Shown here piece after piece: positions 20,757-31,103 of a stretch of DNA of 64,000 nt. Source of the DNA: Poseidonia sp. (GTDB taxonomy: Archaea; Thermoplasmatota; Poseidoniia; Poseidoniales; Poseidoniaceae); contig CBFIDD010000004.1 in the NCBI GenBank assembly GCA_965661285.1, positions 163,328 through 227,327 of the forward strand, read 5' to 3'. A model generated the notes under the pieces. That model was not told the DNA's origin, made no database searches, and was given only the letters and a program-made list of their open reading frames with translations. Each line of letters starts with the position of its first letter. Position 1 is the stretch's first letter. Position numbers and translations under genes: made by a program.

Positions 20757-22151
20757 ATGGGACTGTTTGATCGTTTTCGAAAGCGCGTCCATGAAGTGGC
20801 TGAAGAGATCGACGGCGAGGCCCTTTCGGTGGACGCCACCTCTGAGGAGGCCAAGGCGCTGATAGCAACGCCCTCCCAACCTCCTTCATCACCCGAGGAG
20901 TCCGATGACGACTGGGATGATGTCGACGAAGAACTGGTGCCCACCACGCCCGCTGCAGTTGAAGACGATGACGATTGGGATACATGGGATGATGACGAAC
21001 CCGTCGCTCCCGTGACCCTAACGAAAAAAGAGCGAAAACGGCTCGAACGAAAGGAAAAGGAACGCCGCCGCCGGGAAGAAAAAGCCCGAAAAGCCATGAA
21101 GAAGCGAGGCGCCGTTGACGTCGCTCGGCCAAAAGGCTCCAAAGTCGACTTGTCCATGATGCGAACCACGACGGGCCGACAACTTGTGAATGTCCAACAA
21201 GCACCCAAGGGCTCCAGCAAAACCGCCGCCATTCAAATTGCAGACGGTCAATCCATCGATGTCGATTTGGGCGGTGGTGTCGTTTCGGAGGGTGGCCGCA
21301 TCATCAAGCCCGGCGAAGCCTTGGAGAATCTGTTGGAGGAACTTGAATGGGTGTTGTTGGAGTCCGATATCTCGGCCCAAGCCTCAGGGGCCATTATTGA
21401 CAGTCTTCGAACCGCCCTGGTCGGGGCTCGCCTGCGTCGTGGCGCCGACTTGTCAAAGGTGCTTGAAGCGGCCATAAAGCGTGCGCTACGAGCCCTGCTT
21501 GAGGCTGGGTACTGGGACTTTGATGCCTCCGTGAACGGGTTCATCGAGGCAGGCGATGTGCCTGTGGTCATCATGCTGGTTGGCGTGAACGGGACCGGAA
21601 AAACCACCACGGCAGCGAAAATCGCGCAACGCCTCCTCAACAACGGCCGATCCGTCATCGCTGCAGCGGGCGACACGTTCAGGGCGGGCGCGATTCAACA
21701 ACTTGAGACGCATTGTGAACGCCTTGGTATACGCTGCGTTTCCAGCCAACGTGGCGGAGATTCGGCAGCGATCGCACGAGACGCCATTGACTCCGCTAAG
21801 GCGAAAGGCATCGATGTCGTGCTCGTTGACACCGCCGGCCGCATGCAAAACAAGACCAACTTGATGAACGAACTCAACAAGGTCAGGAAGGTCACTAATC
21901 CGCATCTCACACTTTTCGTTGGGGATTCCTTAGCCGGCAACGACGCCGTCGAGCAAGCGAAGATGTTCCAAGACATCATGCGGTTTGACGGTGCGGTGCT
22001 GACCAAGATGGACACCGATGCAAAAGGCGGTGCTGGGCTGTCCATTGCGTTCGCAACCGGCCGCCCCATCGTGTTTGCAGGGGTTGGGCAGGAATACGAC
22101 GACCTGATGCAATTCGACCCGGAATGGCTTCTCAACCAGCTCTTTGAGTGA
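20757..22151 (+). CDS. ftsY: SRP receptor FtsY
   Basis: GVNGTGKTTT, DTFRAGA, DTAGR, TKMDTDAKGG, GVGQEYDDL; acidic N-terminal region. Confidence 0.96.
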   Translation: MGLFDRFRKRVHEVAEEIDGEALSVDATSEEAKALIATPSQPPSSPEESDDDWDDVDEELVPTTPAAVEDDDDWDTWDDDEPVAPVTLTKKERKRLERKEKERRRREEKARKAMKKRGAVDVARPKGSKVDLSMMRTTTGRQLVNVQQAPKGSSKTAAIQIADGQSIDVDLGGGVVSEGGRIIKPGEALENLLEELEWVLLESDISAQASGAIIDSLRTALVGARLRRGADLSKVLEAAIKRALRALLEAGYWDFDASVNGFIEAGDVPVVIMLVGVNGTGKTTTAAKIAQRLLNNGRSVIAAAGDTFRAGAIQQLETHCERLGIRCVSSQRGGDSAAIARDAIDSAKAKGIDVVLVDTAGRMQNKTNLMNELNKVRKVTNPHLTLFVGDSLAGNDAVEQAKMFQDIMRFDGAVLTKMDTDAKGGAGLSIAFATGRPIVFAGVGQEYDDLMQFDPEWLLNQLFE

Positions 22152-22189
22152 GGCGTAGGAAAAAATACCCCCGCACCCGACACCCGTTC

Positions 22190-22570
22190 ATGGCCGATAT
22201 GTTTGCGGACGAGGACGCCGCCCGATTCTTTCAGATGGTTCAGATGCTTCAACGCTCAACGTTGTTGCAAATGGGCTTCATTCCCGACCAGTCGGGGACC
22301 TATCACTACAACATGGGCGAGGCCCGTGAAGGCATCGAGGTCCTTCGTATGTTTCAGCGAAAAACCGACGGAAATCTCAGCGACCAAGAGACGCAAATGC
22401 TCCGCGCGGTGATCAGTGAGTTGCAAATGCAGTTCACACAGGCACCGCAGCGCAAACGCGAGCGGGACGAAGAAACCGCTCAAAGTGAAGTGATACGAGA
22501 AACCTTTTCTCAACCTCAAGGCGGTCCTGTCGAAGACCTCTCAACACCTGCAGATGGTGAGGAAGAATAG
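22190..22570 (+). CDS. DUF1844-like protein
   Basis: Pattern ...AREGIEVLRMFQRKTDGNLSDQETQMLRAVISELQMQF typical of DUF1844. Confidence 0.7.
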   Translation: MADMFADEDAARFFQMVQMLQRSTLLQMGFIPDQSGTYHYNMGEAREGIEVLRMFQRKTDGNLSDQETQMLRAVISELQMQFTQAPQRKRERDEETAQSEVIRETFSQPQGGPVEDLSTPADGEEE

Positions 22571-22614
22571 CGGTTGATTGATGAGTTATCGCTCGTTGCC
22601 CTGCATTGATTGGC

Positions 22615-23277
22615 ATGGGATTGGTGACCGAAGTCGATGACGAATCTGCGCCTACGGTGCTCATCGTTGACAACAACCCAATGTCCTCCATGCGCCTTTC
22701 GAATCTCTTCAAAACACGAAATTTCAACGTGGAATTGTGCGAGGACGGCGACCAAGCCGTCGACGAATACATTCGAATTGACCCGGAACTGGTTGTCCTT
22801 TCTCTGGACATTCCCTCTCTCGACGGCCACCTTGCGGCCTTGGAGATGCGAGAACACGGCGGAGAAAGCCGCATCGTGTTCGTTGCCCCCGCCCGAATGG
22901 CTGACCTTGCTCGTAACGCCACGTTTTCTGCGGGCGCTGTGGCCTGGTTGCAAAAACCCGTCTCCAACGAGAGTTTGGAAACCGTCTGGAAAACCATCTT
23001 GGGCGCGATACCCGAAGCCCCCGGCCTCGAGGACCTTGACGAACTTTACCCCGACCGCATTCAGGTTGAGGCTGATGAGGGGCCGCTTCTACCACTTCCC
23101 GCCACCCTTCCTCTCCCCGAGGTGGCTCTTTTGCCTGAGCTGCCCGTGGTGGTGCCGGTTGATTCCACGGAAAGCAAACCCAAGAAAGGAACGAAACGCT
23201 TCGTAGTTGTCGTGGCGCTTGCCTTGGTCGCTGGCGGGCTTGGCTACGCTTACCAGCAGGGCATGTTGCCAGTTTGA
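22615..23277 (+). CDS. Atypical (pseudo-)receiver domain protein with C-terminal TM anchor
   Basis: CheY-like fold motifs VLIVDN...PELVVLSLDIPSLDG...GAVAWLQKP; Pro-rich linker; KK-flanked hydrophobic C-terminal helix. Confidence 0.8.
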   Translation: MGLVTEVDDESAPTVLIVDNNPMSSMRLSNLFKTRNFNVELCEDGDQAVDEYIRIDPELVVLSLDIPSLDGHLAALEMREHGGESRIVFVAPARMADLARNATFSAGAVAWLQKPVSNESLETVWKTILGAIPEAPGLEDLDELYPDRIQVEADEGPLLPLPATLPLPEVALLPELPVVVPVDSTESKPKKGTKRFVVVVALALVAGGLGYAYQQGMLPV

Positions 23278-23330
23278 GTGTCAAACCATTTTACCAAGGG
23301 AGTGATAATTCATCCCTCCATCCCCACTTC

Positions 23331-24167
23331 ATGAGGGGCGTATGGTTCGTTCGAATCCTTGTCCTCGTCCTTGTTTCGTTTTCCGTATACGGGGCCATCA
23401 CGTACGGCGAATCAGAGCAGGATCATTCTGGGGGAGAGGCCACTCCCACAAATGAAAATCTGGGCAGCCCTGAAACCGAGAGCGCCGATGATGCACCCGC
23501 CGACGCAGCCCAACCGTTGGAATGGTCTGAGGCTGAAGAGGCTCCATCGCAAACACCCAACACCCTGGCCTACCTTCTCGGAGGGTTAGGAGGCCTTTTC
23601 TTGCTGTTCATCTCAGCCATATTTGTTGAATTCATCGGCGTTATCATGCTCGTAGCCCTGATTGTGCCGATGGTTTCGCAACGAAGAAAACACAAGGAAG
23701 ACCAAATGAACAGGGGTCGTGTTTTGGGTTATATCGAAGCCAATGTCGGCATCCATTTTTCCGCTCTTCGGGATGGATTGGGGCTTGCGAACGGGGTCAC
23801 GGCTTACCATACGAACGAACTCGAACGGGCGGGCAAAATCTTCTCATGGAAGAGCGGCAAACACCGACGATATGCATCTTCCATTCTTGACAAAGAGCAG
23901 CGCAAAAACATTCGTAATCCATTGTCGGGAACACGTCTCGCCATTTTGGAGGTCCTCGCGCAATCCGGCCAGTTTGGGCTTGAGAGCAAGGAGCTCCGAG
24001 AACGACTGCACATCTCTCGGCAGTTACTGAGTCACCACATCAAAGAACTTCACGCCTCAGCGTTGATCGAGCCATCTGAACGCTCGAAAAGAGCGTGGCG
24101 AGCCTCCATGCACGGGCACGATCAACTCCACAAAAGCCGAACCCTCCAAGAATTCACCAACATGTAA
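23331..24167 (+). CDS. Membrane-anchored tandem winged-helix protein
   Basis: N-terminal hydrophobic helix, acidic linker, TM segments, then two wHTH-like units (GIHFSALRDGLGLANGVTAYH; ELRERLHISRQLLSHHIKEL). Confidence 0.7.
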   Translation: MRGVWFVRILVLVLVSFSVYGAITYGESEQDHSGGEATPTNENLGSPETESADDAPADAAQPLEWSEAEEAPSQTPNTLAYLLGGLGGLFLLFISAIFVEFIGVIMLVALIVPMVSQRRKHKEDQMNRGRVLGYIEANVGIHFSALRDGLGLANGVTAYHTNELERAGKIFSWKSGKHRRYASSILDKEQRKNIRNPLSGTRLAILEVLAQSGQFGLESKELRERLHISRQLLSHHIKELHASALIEPSERSKRAWRASMHGHDQLHKSRTLQEFTNM

Positions 24168-24215
24168 AATCAATTTACCAATCTCTTAATATCAACTTGG
24201 GAGCGTCTTTTCCTC

Positions 24216-26582
24216 ATGGAACGCACGCCGCTTGTGGCCATTGGCCTGTGCTTGACGATGCTTATGGCGGGATGCCTGAATGTCACAGAGAACGTTGAGG
24301 TGCCCGATGTGGTGCTTCCAAACGACTGGTCGACCATCACCGCGAGAACCGTTGCCAGCCCCCAGTTGTTTGCTTACGACGATTGTGATGAATTGGAGCG
24401 ATCGCTGAAACAATCCATCGAAGAGGAATACAGGGTGGACCTGCTGCAAGCCGTTGCTGAGCAATACGACTACGGCGGCGTGTGGTTTGACGGTGCTGAA
24501 ATGGCCATGGACGACGGCGCTGTGGCGGATAGCAGCACCACCGCACAGCCACGCACGACGGCCCCCCCTCGAGTGGAAGGTGAGGATTTCTCAGGCACCA
24601 ACAACCAGGAGTCGGGCGTGGATGAAGCGGACTTCGTGAAAACCGATGGCTACCACATCTACTATCTCCAAGGCCAACAACTCCACATCTTTGGTGTTCC
24701 CGAATTTGGAGAAATTGAGGCCACCTTCAACACCACCCTCTCGGGAAACCCGGTGGCCATGATGTTGGACGGCGACCAGCTTGTGGTCATTTCCAGCATG
24801 AACCCTTGGTCCATCTCACGGAACCACCCTGTGGTTGATGTGATGGGGTGGGGAGATGATTACGGCATGTGGCGGTCGAACAGTCTCACCAAGTTCACCG
24901 TGTTTGACATCACAAATCGCAGCGCCCCTGATATCGACCGAGAATTGTTCATCGAAGGATCATACATCACGGCACGTGAGATCAATGGAACGGTTCGAAC
25001 CGTCACCCATGCATGGATGGATGTACCCGGCGTGACATCATGGTTGGACCTCCCAACCGGATATTGGAACTTGGACTACGAGGACCCGCTTCGCTTGGAG
25101 ATACGAGAAAAAGTGGCCTACCAAACGATGATGAGCAACAGCGAGGCCCTGGACGGTCTTTCGCTGACCGATTTGATTCCCCAAGTCTACGAATACAGCA
25201 ACGGAGACATCACGGTTCACACCATGAACGACAACGAATGCCGTGATTTCGTTGCGCCCGAAGACGGCATGGAGCGGGGCATCTCCAGTATTTTCTCCCT
25301 CGACTTGGCTTCCAGCGCCTTTGATTACGAGGTTGACCATGTGGTGGGCACCTACCCTCAAGTCTACGCCTCAAGCGATGTCTTGGTGCTGGCCGAGTCG
25401 GCCTTTTCCGACTGGTGGTTTTGGGGCAACGATGACAGCGATGAAATGACCAACCTCCACACCTTCGACATCAGCGCAAGCGATGCCACCCTCTACACCG
25501 GTTCAGGCCGTATTGACGGCACCGTCCTCAATCAATTCTCCATTTCCGAACACGAAGGCGTCCTGCGAGTGGCGACCACCGTTGGCCAGTGGGCGCGATG
25601 GTGGATGGAAGACCCTGAACCGATGTCGTCGCAACTCGTCACCCTGGTTCGCTCCGTTGATGTCGATACGGGAAAGCAGGTGCTCACCGAGGCTGGACGC
25701 GTGGACGGGATTGCACCCGGCGAACGCATCTGGAGCGCACGCTTTGATGGTGACCGCGCCTACATTGTAACCTTCGAACAAATCGACCCGTTGTGGGTCA
25801 TTGATGTGTCGGACGAAACCAATCCGACCATCCTTGGTGAACTCAAGGTTCCCGGCGTATCCACCTACATTCATCCGCTCTCAAGGGACCACCTGCTGAC
25901 CATTGGCTTTGGCCCGGCCAACGAAGACGGCACCGGTTTGGATTGGGCAGGAACGCAACTCTCGCTGTTCGATATATCGGCGCCAACCGACCCCCAGCAG
26001 GCCGATGTGCTTCGTTTGTCCCCGGTCGCTCAACAAAACGAACACATGTGGTCGTGGTCGTGGTCAGAAGCCAGCTACGAGCACAAAGCCTTCCAATACT
26101 GGGCGCCGAAGTCCATGCTGGCCGTTCCGCTTTCGACCTACCGTTGGGTCAACACCGAATACGACGATGGCCGGTACGGCTACGGGCATTACGAGTACAT
26201 CACGAAGTTGATGCTCGTGCACGTCAACGAATCCGACGGTTCACTGTCCGCGTACGGCGAGGTCAATCATTCATCGTTGTACAACACCGAAGGGCCATCC
26301 CCATGGTGGGACGATCGCAATATCCGACGTTCCATTTTCATGGGCGATTTCGTCTACGCTCTTTCTTCGGCCGGGGTGACGGCAACCAACCTCACGACCT
26401 TGGAAGAATCGGGGCGTCTTTCAATCCCCCATTCCTCCCAGTACAACGAGCCTTACGTGTCCGATGGCGAGGCTGAAGATGCTGAGGGTCAGGAAAAGGA
26501 ACCTGAGCGGGCCGAAGAGAGCGACAGCACCGATGATGATGCCGTTGCGGGCGAGGCACCAACCTCTTCTGACCGTTCTTGA
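24216..26582 (+). CDS. Secreted beta-propeller domain lipoprotein (Beta_propel-like)
   Basis: Lipobox LMAGC; FSGTNNQESGVDEADFVKTDG, NQFSISEHEGVLRVATT, ERIWSARF, TFEQIDPLWVID, GELKVPGVSTYIHP. Confidence 0.85.
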   Translation: MERTPLVAIGLCLTMLMAGCLNVTENVEVPDVVLPNDWSTITARTVASPQLFAYDDCDELERSLKQSIEEEYRVDLLQAVAEQYDYGGVWFDGAEMAMDDGAVADSSTTAQPRTTAPPRVEGEDFSGTNNQESGVDEADFVKTDGYHIYYLQGQQLHIFGVPEFGEIEATFNTTLSGNPVAMMLDGDQLVVISSMNPWSISRNHPVVDVMGWGDDYGMWRSNSLTKFTVFDITNRSAPDIDRELFIEGSYITAREINGTVRTVTHAWMDVPGVTSWLDLPTGYWNLDYEDPLRLEIREKVAYQTMMSNSEALDGLSLTDLIPQVYEYSNGDITVHTMNDNECRDFVAPEDGMERGISSIFSLDLASSAFDYEVDHVVGTYPQVYASSDVLVLAESAFSDWWFWGNDDSDEMTNLHTFDISASDATLYTGSGRIDGTVLNQFSISEHEGVLRVATTVGQWARWWMEDPEPMSSQLVTLVRSVDVDTGKQVLTEAGRVDGIAPGERIWSARFDGDRAYIVTFEQIDPLWVIDVSDETNPTILGELKVPGVSTYIHPLSRDHLLTIGFGPANEDGTGLDWAGTQLSLFDISAPTDPQQADVLRLSPVAQQNEHMWSWSWSEASYEHKAFQYWAPKSMLAVPLSTYRWVNTEYDDGRYGYGHYEYITKLMLVHVNESDGSLSAYGEVNHSSLYNTEGPSPWWDDRNIRRSIFMGDFVYALSSAGVTATNLTTLEESGRLSIPHSSQYNEPYVSDGEAEDAEGQEKEPERAEESDSTDDDAVAGEAPTSSDRS

Positions 26583-26644
26583 AACGCCCGTGTTCCTCGG
26601 ACGGCATCACCACCCTCATGAAGAGCGGCGGATTGAGGTGGACC

Positions 26645-27577
26645 ATGCGCACAGCCGTGGCCACGTTTGGTTTTGGTCGGCCGGACCATTTTGAGCGCAT
26701 GCTTCGTTCGCTCGGCACGTGCCCTGAGGTGATGGAGGGGGCGGTGGATGTCATTCATTTCCTCGACGGAGGGCCTGGCGCTGAGCAAGATGCGCTTCGT
26801 GATGTGATCGAGGCAAGCGGCGTGCCCTACACCTCCATCGTTGCCCGTCCTGAAAACCTCGGTGTCGGGCGCCAACTTATCGGCGCTCGACGAGAGGTCT
26901 TGGACGAGCAGGGCTATGACCGGATGGTGTTGGTGGAAGACGACATCGAACTCAATGCGACCTACTTGACGACCTTGCTCCGGCTCTCAGATTGGGCCGA
27001 ACAATACGGGGACGTTGGGACCGTCCAGGTATGGAACGTTGAGGCGGGTGAGGAGGACGACTTACGCCCCCACTTGCATCAGGTTGAGTTGACCAACCGT
27101 CATTTTGTCACCTACTGCATCACGAAGCGTGCCTGGGAAATCATCAAACCCGTCCTCTACGCCTACGAGGAAAAGTTCCTTCTTCGCCGGCCGTACGCCA
27201 AGCGGCCGCATTACCGTATCCGTCGGTTCATGCGCCAACAACTCAAACAGGCTCGAACAACGCCACGGGGCCGGTTGCTAAACCCTCCCGCGCAGGCCGT
27301 TCACAATCCGTTTCCCTCCGTTCCGTGGCGTTCTGCCCCGACCAGCCAAGATGCCATCACTTCTCTTGCCATGTATCTCTCAGGGTTGCATCGCATCACC
27401 ACCCGTGTGCCCCACGCTTACTATTTTGGTGTCACAGGCGTCCATTGCACGCCCGAACTCTACGAGTTCATGGGCTTCAACGACCAGGGCTGGTGGAAAT
27501 GGGATGCGGCACCCGAGCATTTTGAGATTCGATACCAAGATTCAAACGGGGATTGGCTCAGTTCGACCTACCGTTGA
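26645..27577 (+). CDS. GT-A fold glycosyltransferase
   Basis: ATFGFGRPDHFERMLRSL, FLDGG, RPENLG, acidic metal-binding VEDDI motif, C-terminal GVH. Confidence 0.7.
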   Translation: MRTAVATFGFGRPDHFERMLRSLGTCPEVMEGAVDVIHFLDGGPGAEQDALRDVIEASGVPYTSIVARPENLGVGRQLIGARREVLDEQGYDRMVLVEDDIELNATYLTTLLRLSDWAEQYGDVGTVQVWNVEAGEEDDLRPHLHQVELTNRHFVTYCITKRAWEIIKPVLYAYEEKFLLRRPYAKRPHYRIRRFMRQQLKQARTTPRGRLLNPPAQAVHNPFPSVPWRSAPTSQDAITSLAMYLSGLHRITTRVPHAYYFGVTGVHCTPELYEFMGFNDQGWWKWDAAPEHFEIRYQDSNGDWLSSTYR

Positions 27578-27583
27578 GTGAGA

Positions 27584-28495
27584 ATGATGGCCCCTACGAT
27601 CGGTTTGGTGGGTTGCGGCCGTTGGGGCAGTCATCATCTTCGGATTCTCAACGAACTGAAATCAGCTGGACGAATTCATCGCGTCGCCGTTTGCGATATT
27701 GACGCTGACAAACGACGGGAAATCCAAGCCGATGCCGTTTATGCCTCCTTGGACGAGATGCTCAACAGCGAATCCCTCGACGGGCTGGCCATCGTCACGC
27801 CACCCGAGACGCATGTTGGGCTTGCCCGTCAAGGATTGTCTCACGGGCTTCCGTTGCTGGTTGAGAAGCCCTTGGCTGCCAATGCTGCGGAAGCCGACAG
27901 ATTCCTCAACTCTCTCGACGGAACCGCCGTCATGGTGGTCGGATATATCCTCCGACACCATCACGGTATTGCACGACTTCGCTCAGACGATGTTCGAGCG
28001 TCTCTGGGAGGGATTCAATCCGTGAAGTATCTTCGGACGACGACACGAGAACGACCTCCCAATGCACGCCCGGTCCCGACCCTTGGCGTCCATGCTCTGG
28101 ACCTCATCTCGTGGTTCTTGGACACACCCCTCATGTCGGGTGAAGTGGTTTCGAAAGTGACGGCTCCGGACAGTGCTTCGGTAAACCTGATGTTTCCCTC
28201 CGGGCAGAAAGGAGAATTTGAGGTCGCGTGGGCGGCATCGGAAGAACAACGTCTTCTCCACGTGAACGGAACGACGGGCCAGGCTTCCCTCGACTTTGGC
28301 AGCGGGCTTCTCACGCTCAATACAAACGGTGCTTCAGCCACCCTTCAATCCACGGGCGAGGAGCCATTGCTCGCTGAATGGAATCATTTCCTTCACCACA
28401 TACAACGAGGCCACGCCTACGTTTTCCCTCCTGTTGAACGCCTTCACGACCAAAGTGTGTGGCTTCATACGCACGGCGGCGAGGATTCCCTCTGA
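27584..28495 (+). CDS. Gfo/Idh/MocA-family oxidoreductase
   Basis: IGLVGCGRWG Rossmann motif, IVTPPETH, LVEKP, GVHALD. Confidence 0.88.
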   Translation: MMAPTIGLVGCGRWGSHHLRILNELKSAGRIHRVAVCDIDADKRREIQADAVYASLDEMLNSESLDGLAIVTPPETHVGLARQGLSHGLPLLVEKPLAANAAEADRFLNSLDGTAVMVVGYILRHHHGIARLRSDDVRASLGGIQSVKYLRTTTRERPPNARPVPTLGVHALDLISWFLDTPLMSGEVVSKVTAPDSASVNLMFPSGQKGEFEVAWAASEEQRLLHVNGTTGQASLDFGSGLLTLNTNGASATLQSTGEEPLLAEWNHFLHHIQRGHAYVFPPVERLHDQSVWLHTHGGEDSL

Positions 28496-28547
28496 CCCAA
28501 CCACTTCTTTGCGAGAATTGAAGAATGCCCTGCTCTTGGGCGAAACC

Positions 28548-28901
28548 ATGGGCCTCTCCATGACCACCGTTCAACGCATGCTCGGGGCAAGCCTCGTTGC
28601 CAGCCTGGGTGTTTGGTTCCTTCAGGGAACGGTCATGGACGGCGTGCTCACGCTCATCGCATTGTGCGGGCTGACGGGCCTGATTTGGGGGCTTTCGGAA
28701 CGTGAGTCGACGTTTGGCTATCTCAATCTCTCCGGCAGCGGCCCGTGGAACATTCTTGCTGTGGTGTTGAGTATCGTGGTGTTCGCACAAGTATCGATTT
28801 CAATTTGGGCCTTTCCTACCGTGGGCGCTTATCTCCTCTCACTTTCGTTTATTGGCTCGTTTTGGCTGACCGGCCACATGATGCAACCGGGCGGCGCCTG
28901 A
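28548..28901 (+). CDS. Small multi-pass membrane protein
   Basis: About four hydrophobic segments; ATG 28548 avoids overlap with the upstream gene. Confidence 0.6.
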   Translation: MGLSMTTVQRMLGASLVASLGVWFLQGTVMDGVLTLIALCGLTGLIWGLSERESTFGYLNLSGSGPWNILAVVLSIVVFAQVSISIWAFPTVGAYLLSLSFIGSFWLTGHMMQPGGA

Positions 28902-28965
28902 ACGAGTCCACGACCCCCTCTCTTGGGCGAAGGGTCAAGGGCCGGCGGCGAGGACGAGGCGCTTG

Positions 28966-30309
28966 ATGGCAACCCACGGTGACCACCCGACACTTCCTGA
29001 ACATCTTGAGTCGCTGCTCATGGACGATGTCCACACGGTCTTCCTGAAGGCAGATTGTCCGCCCCGAATTAAGCGTGGCGCCATCGGTTCACTCAAGCTG
29101 GTTGAAGCGGAATCCTCCGTCGCCAATTGGGACACCCTCACACTCGAACAGCTCGAAGAAGACTTGGTTGCCTTGGTGGAAGAGCACCGTTATCGCAGCG
29201 ATTGTTTCTTGGAAATTGACCGGAAGGGCTGTCGCGTCATCCAACTGGGCGACCTTCGCATCACGTCAGCATGGCCGCCATTTTCCGATGCAAGGGAAAT
29301 CACGGTTGTGCGACCCGTTGCAAAACTCAGCCTCGGTGACTACGACTTGGACAATCGTTTGGTGGAACGTTTGCGCAACCACCACCGGGGGGTCTTCATC
29401 TGCGGCCGACCCGGCTCAGGCAAAACCACGCTGGCCCAGGCCATTGCCGAATACCTCGACAACGACGTCGGAGCGTTGGTGAAAACGATGGAGGCGCCTC
29501 GCGACCTGCAGCTTGCGGACCGCATCACGCAATATGCGCCCCTCGAGGGGGATTTGGAAAAAACCGCCGAGATCATCTTCCTTGTTCGTCCCGATTTTGT
29601 CATCTTTGACGAAGTCCGACGCGCCCGAGATTTCGAGATCTTCGCCGATGTTCGGTTGGCAGGCGTTGGTTTGTTGGGCGTCACGCACGCAAACTCAGCC
29701 TTGGAGGCCATTCAACGGCTCATCGGCAAGGTTGAACTCGGCTTGGTCAGTCAAGTTCTCGACACCATCTTGCACGTTGAATCTGGAAAAATTCAGCAAG
29801 TGTTGGAGTTGCGGATGACCGTCAAACCGCCCACCGGGATGCAAGAAGAGCTGGCACGTCCGGTGATTGAAGTGGTTGAATTCCCGAGCGGCAAACTCAC
29901 TCATGAAATGTTTGCCTTTGGTTCAGAAATCGCCGTTGTCCCCCTCGAAGGGCGCGCCACAACCAACGACCTTTCACCGGTGAGGGCCATGGCAAAGGAT
30001 CGCATTATCGAGACCGTTCGTCAATGGGTGGGTGTCGAGTGTCAAGTTCGTTTTTCGAGCGACACGTCCGCTGTCATCTACGCTCCTTCGAACATGATTT
30101 CGACCTTGGTCGGGCGCGGTGGTGAGAACGTCAAACAACTGCAAAACGAGTTGGGCGGCATGCGATTGAGTATTGAATCGTTTGATGACATGCCCGAAGG
30201 GCTGGAGCAACCCAACCGGTTTTGGCAGGACAACCGCAAGAAAGGAGACGCGTGGGAGAATCCCCGCCGAAAAGGCAAGTCTGCCCGTAGGAAGCAACGA
30301 AAACGTTAG
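28966..30309 (+). CDS. PINA-like ATPase (PilT/VirB11-type ATPase + KH domain) lacking an N-terminal PIN domain
   Basis: Walker A GRPGSGKT, KTMEAPRDLQ, RPDFVIFDEVR, FADVRLAGVG, KH motif LVGRGGENVK. Confidence 0.85.
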   Translation: MATHGDHPTLPEHLESLLMDDVHTVFLKADCPPRIKRGAIGSLKLVEAESSVANWDTLTLEQLEEDLVALVEEHRYRSDCFLEIDRKGCRVIQLGDLRITSAWPPFSDAREITVVRPVAKLSLGDYDLDNRLVERLRNHHRGVFICGRPGSGKTTLAQAIAEYLDNDVGALVKTMEAPRDLQLADRITQYAPLEGDLEKTAEIIFLVRPDFVIFDEVRRARDFEIFADVRLAGVGLLGVTHANSALEAIQRLIGKVELGLVSQVLDTILHVESGKIQQVLELRMTVKPPTGMQEELARPVIEVVEFPSGKLTHEMFAFGSEIAVVPLEGRATTNDLSPVRAMAKDRIIETVRQWVGVECQVRFSSDTSAVIYAPSNMISTLVGRGGENVKQLQNELGGMRLSIESFDDMPEGLEQPNRFWQDNRKKGDAWENPRRKGKSARRKQRKR

Positions 30310-30359
30310 TCGGACGCGCATTGCGTTATCATCGTCCCACCAAGGATAATGGCACATTC

Positions 30360-30365
30360 TTTAAA
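30360..30365 (+). promoter_or_regulatory. TATA-like box upstream of the poly-Asp / tubulin-like gene pair
   Basis: TTTAAA about 40 nt upstream of ATG 30403, in the intergenic gap. Confidence 0.45.
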
Positions 30366-30402
30366 TGTCAAACAGCGGAGGTCGGGCCAGAGAGGTCTCA
30401 CC

Positions 30403-31092
<690 letters not shown>

Positions 31093-31103
31093 GGTGAAGA
31101 AAA

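Noticed and set aside
28966-30309. Type IV pilus / archaellum secretion ATPase
   Set aside because: The KH domain and PINA-specific motifs, and the lack of adjacent TadC/pilin genes, favour a PINA-type nucleic-acid ATPase.
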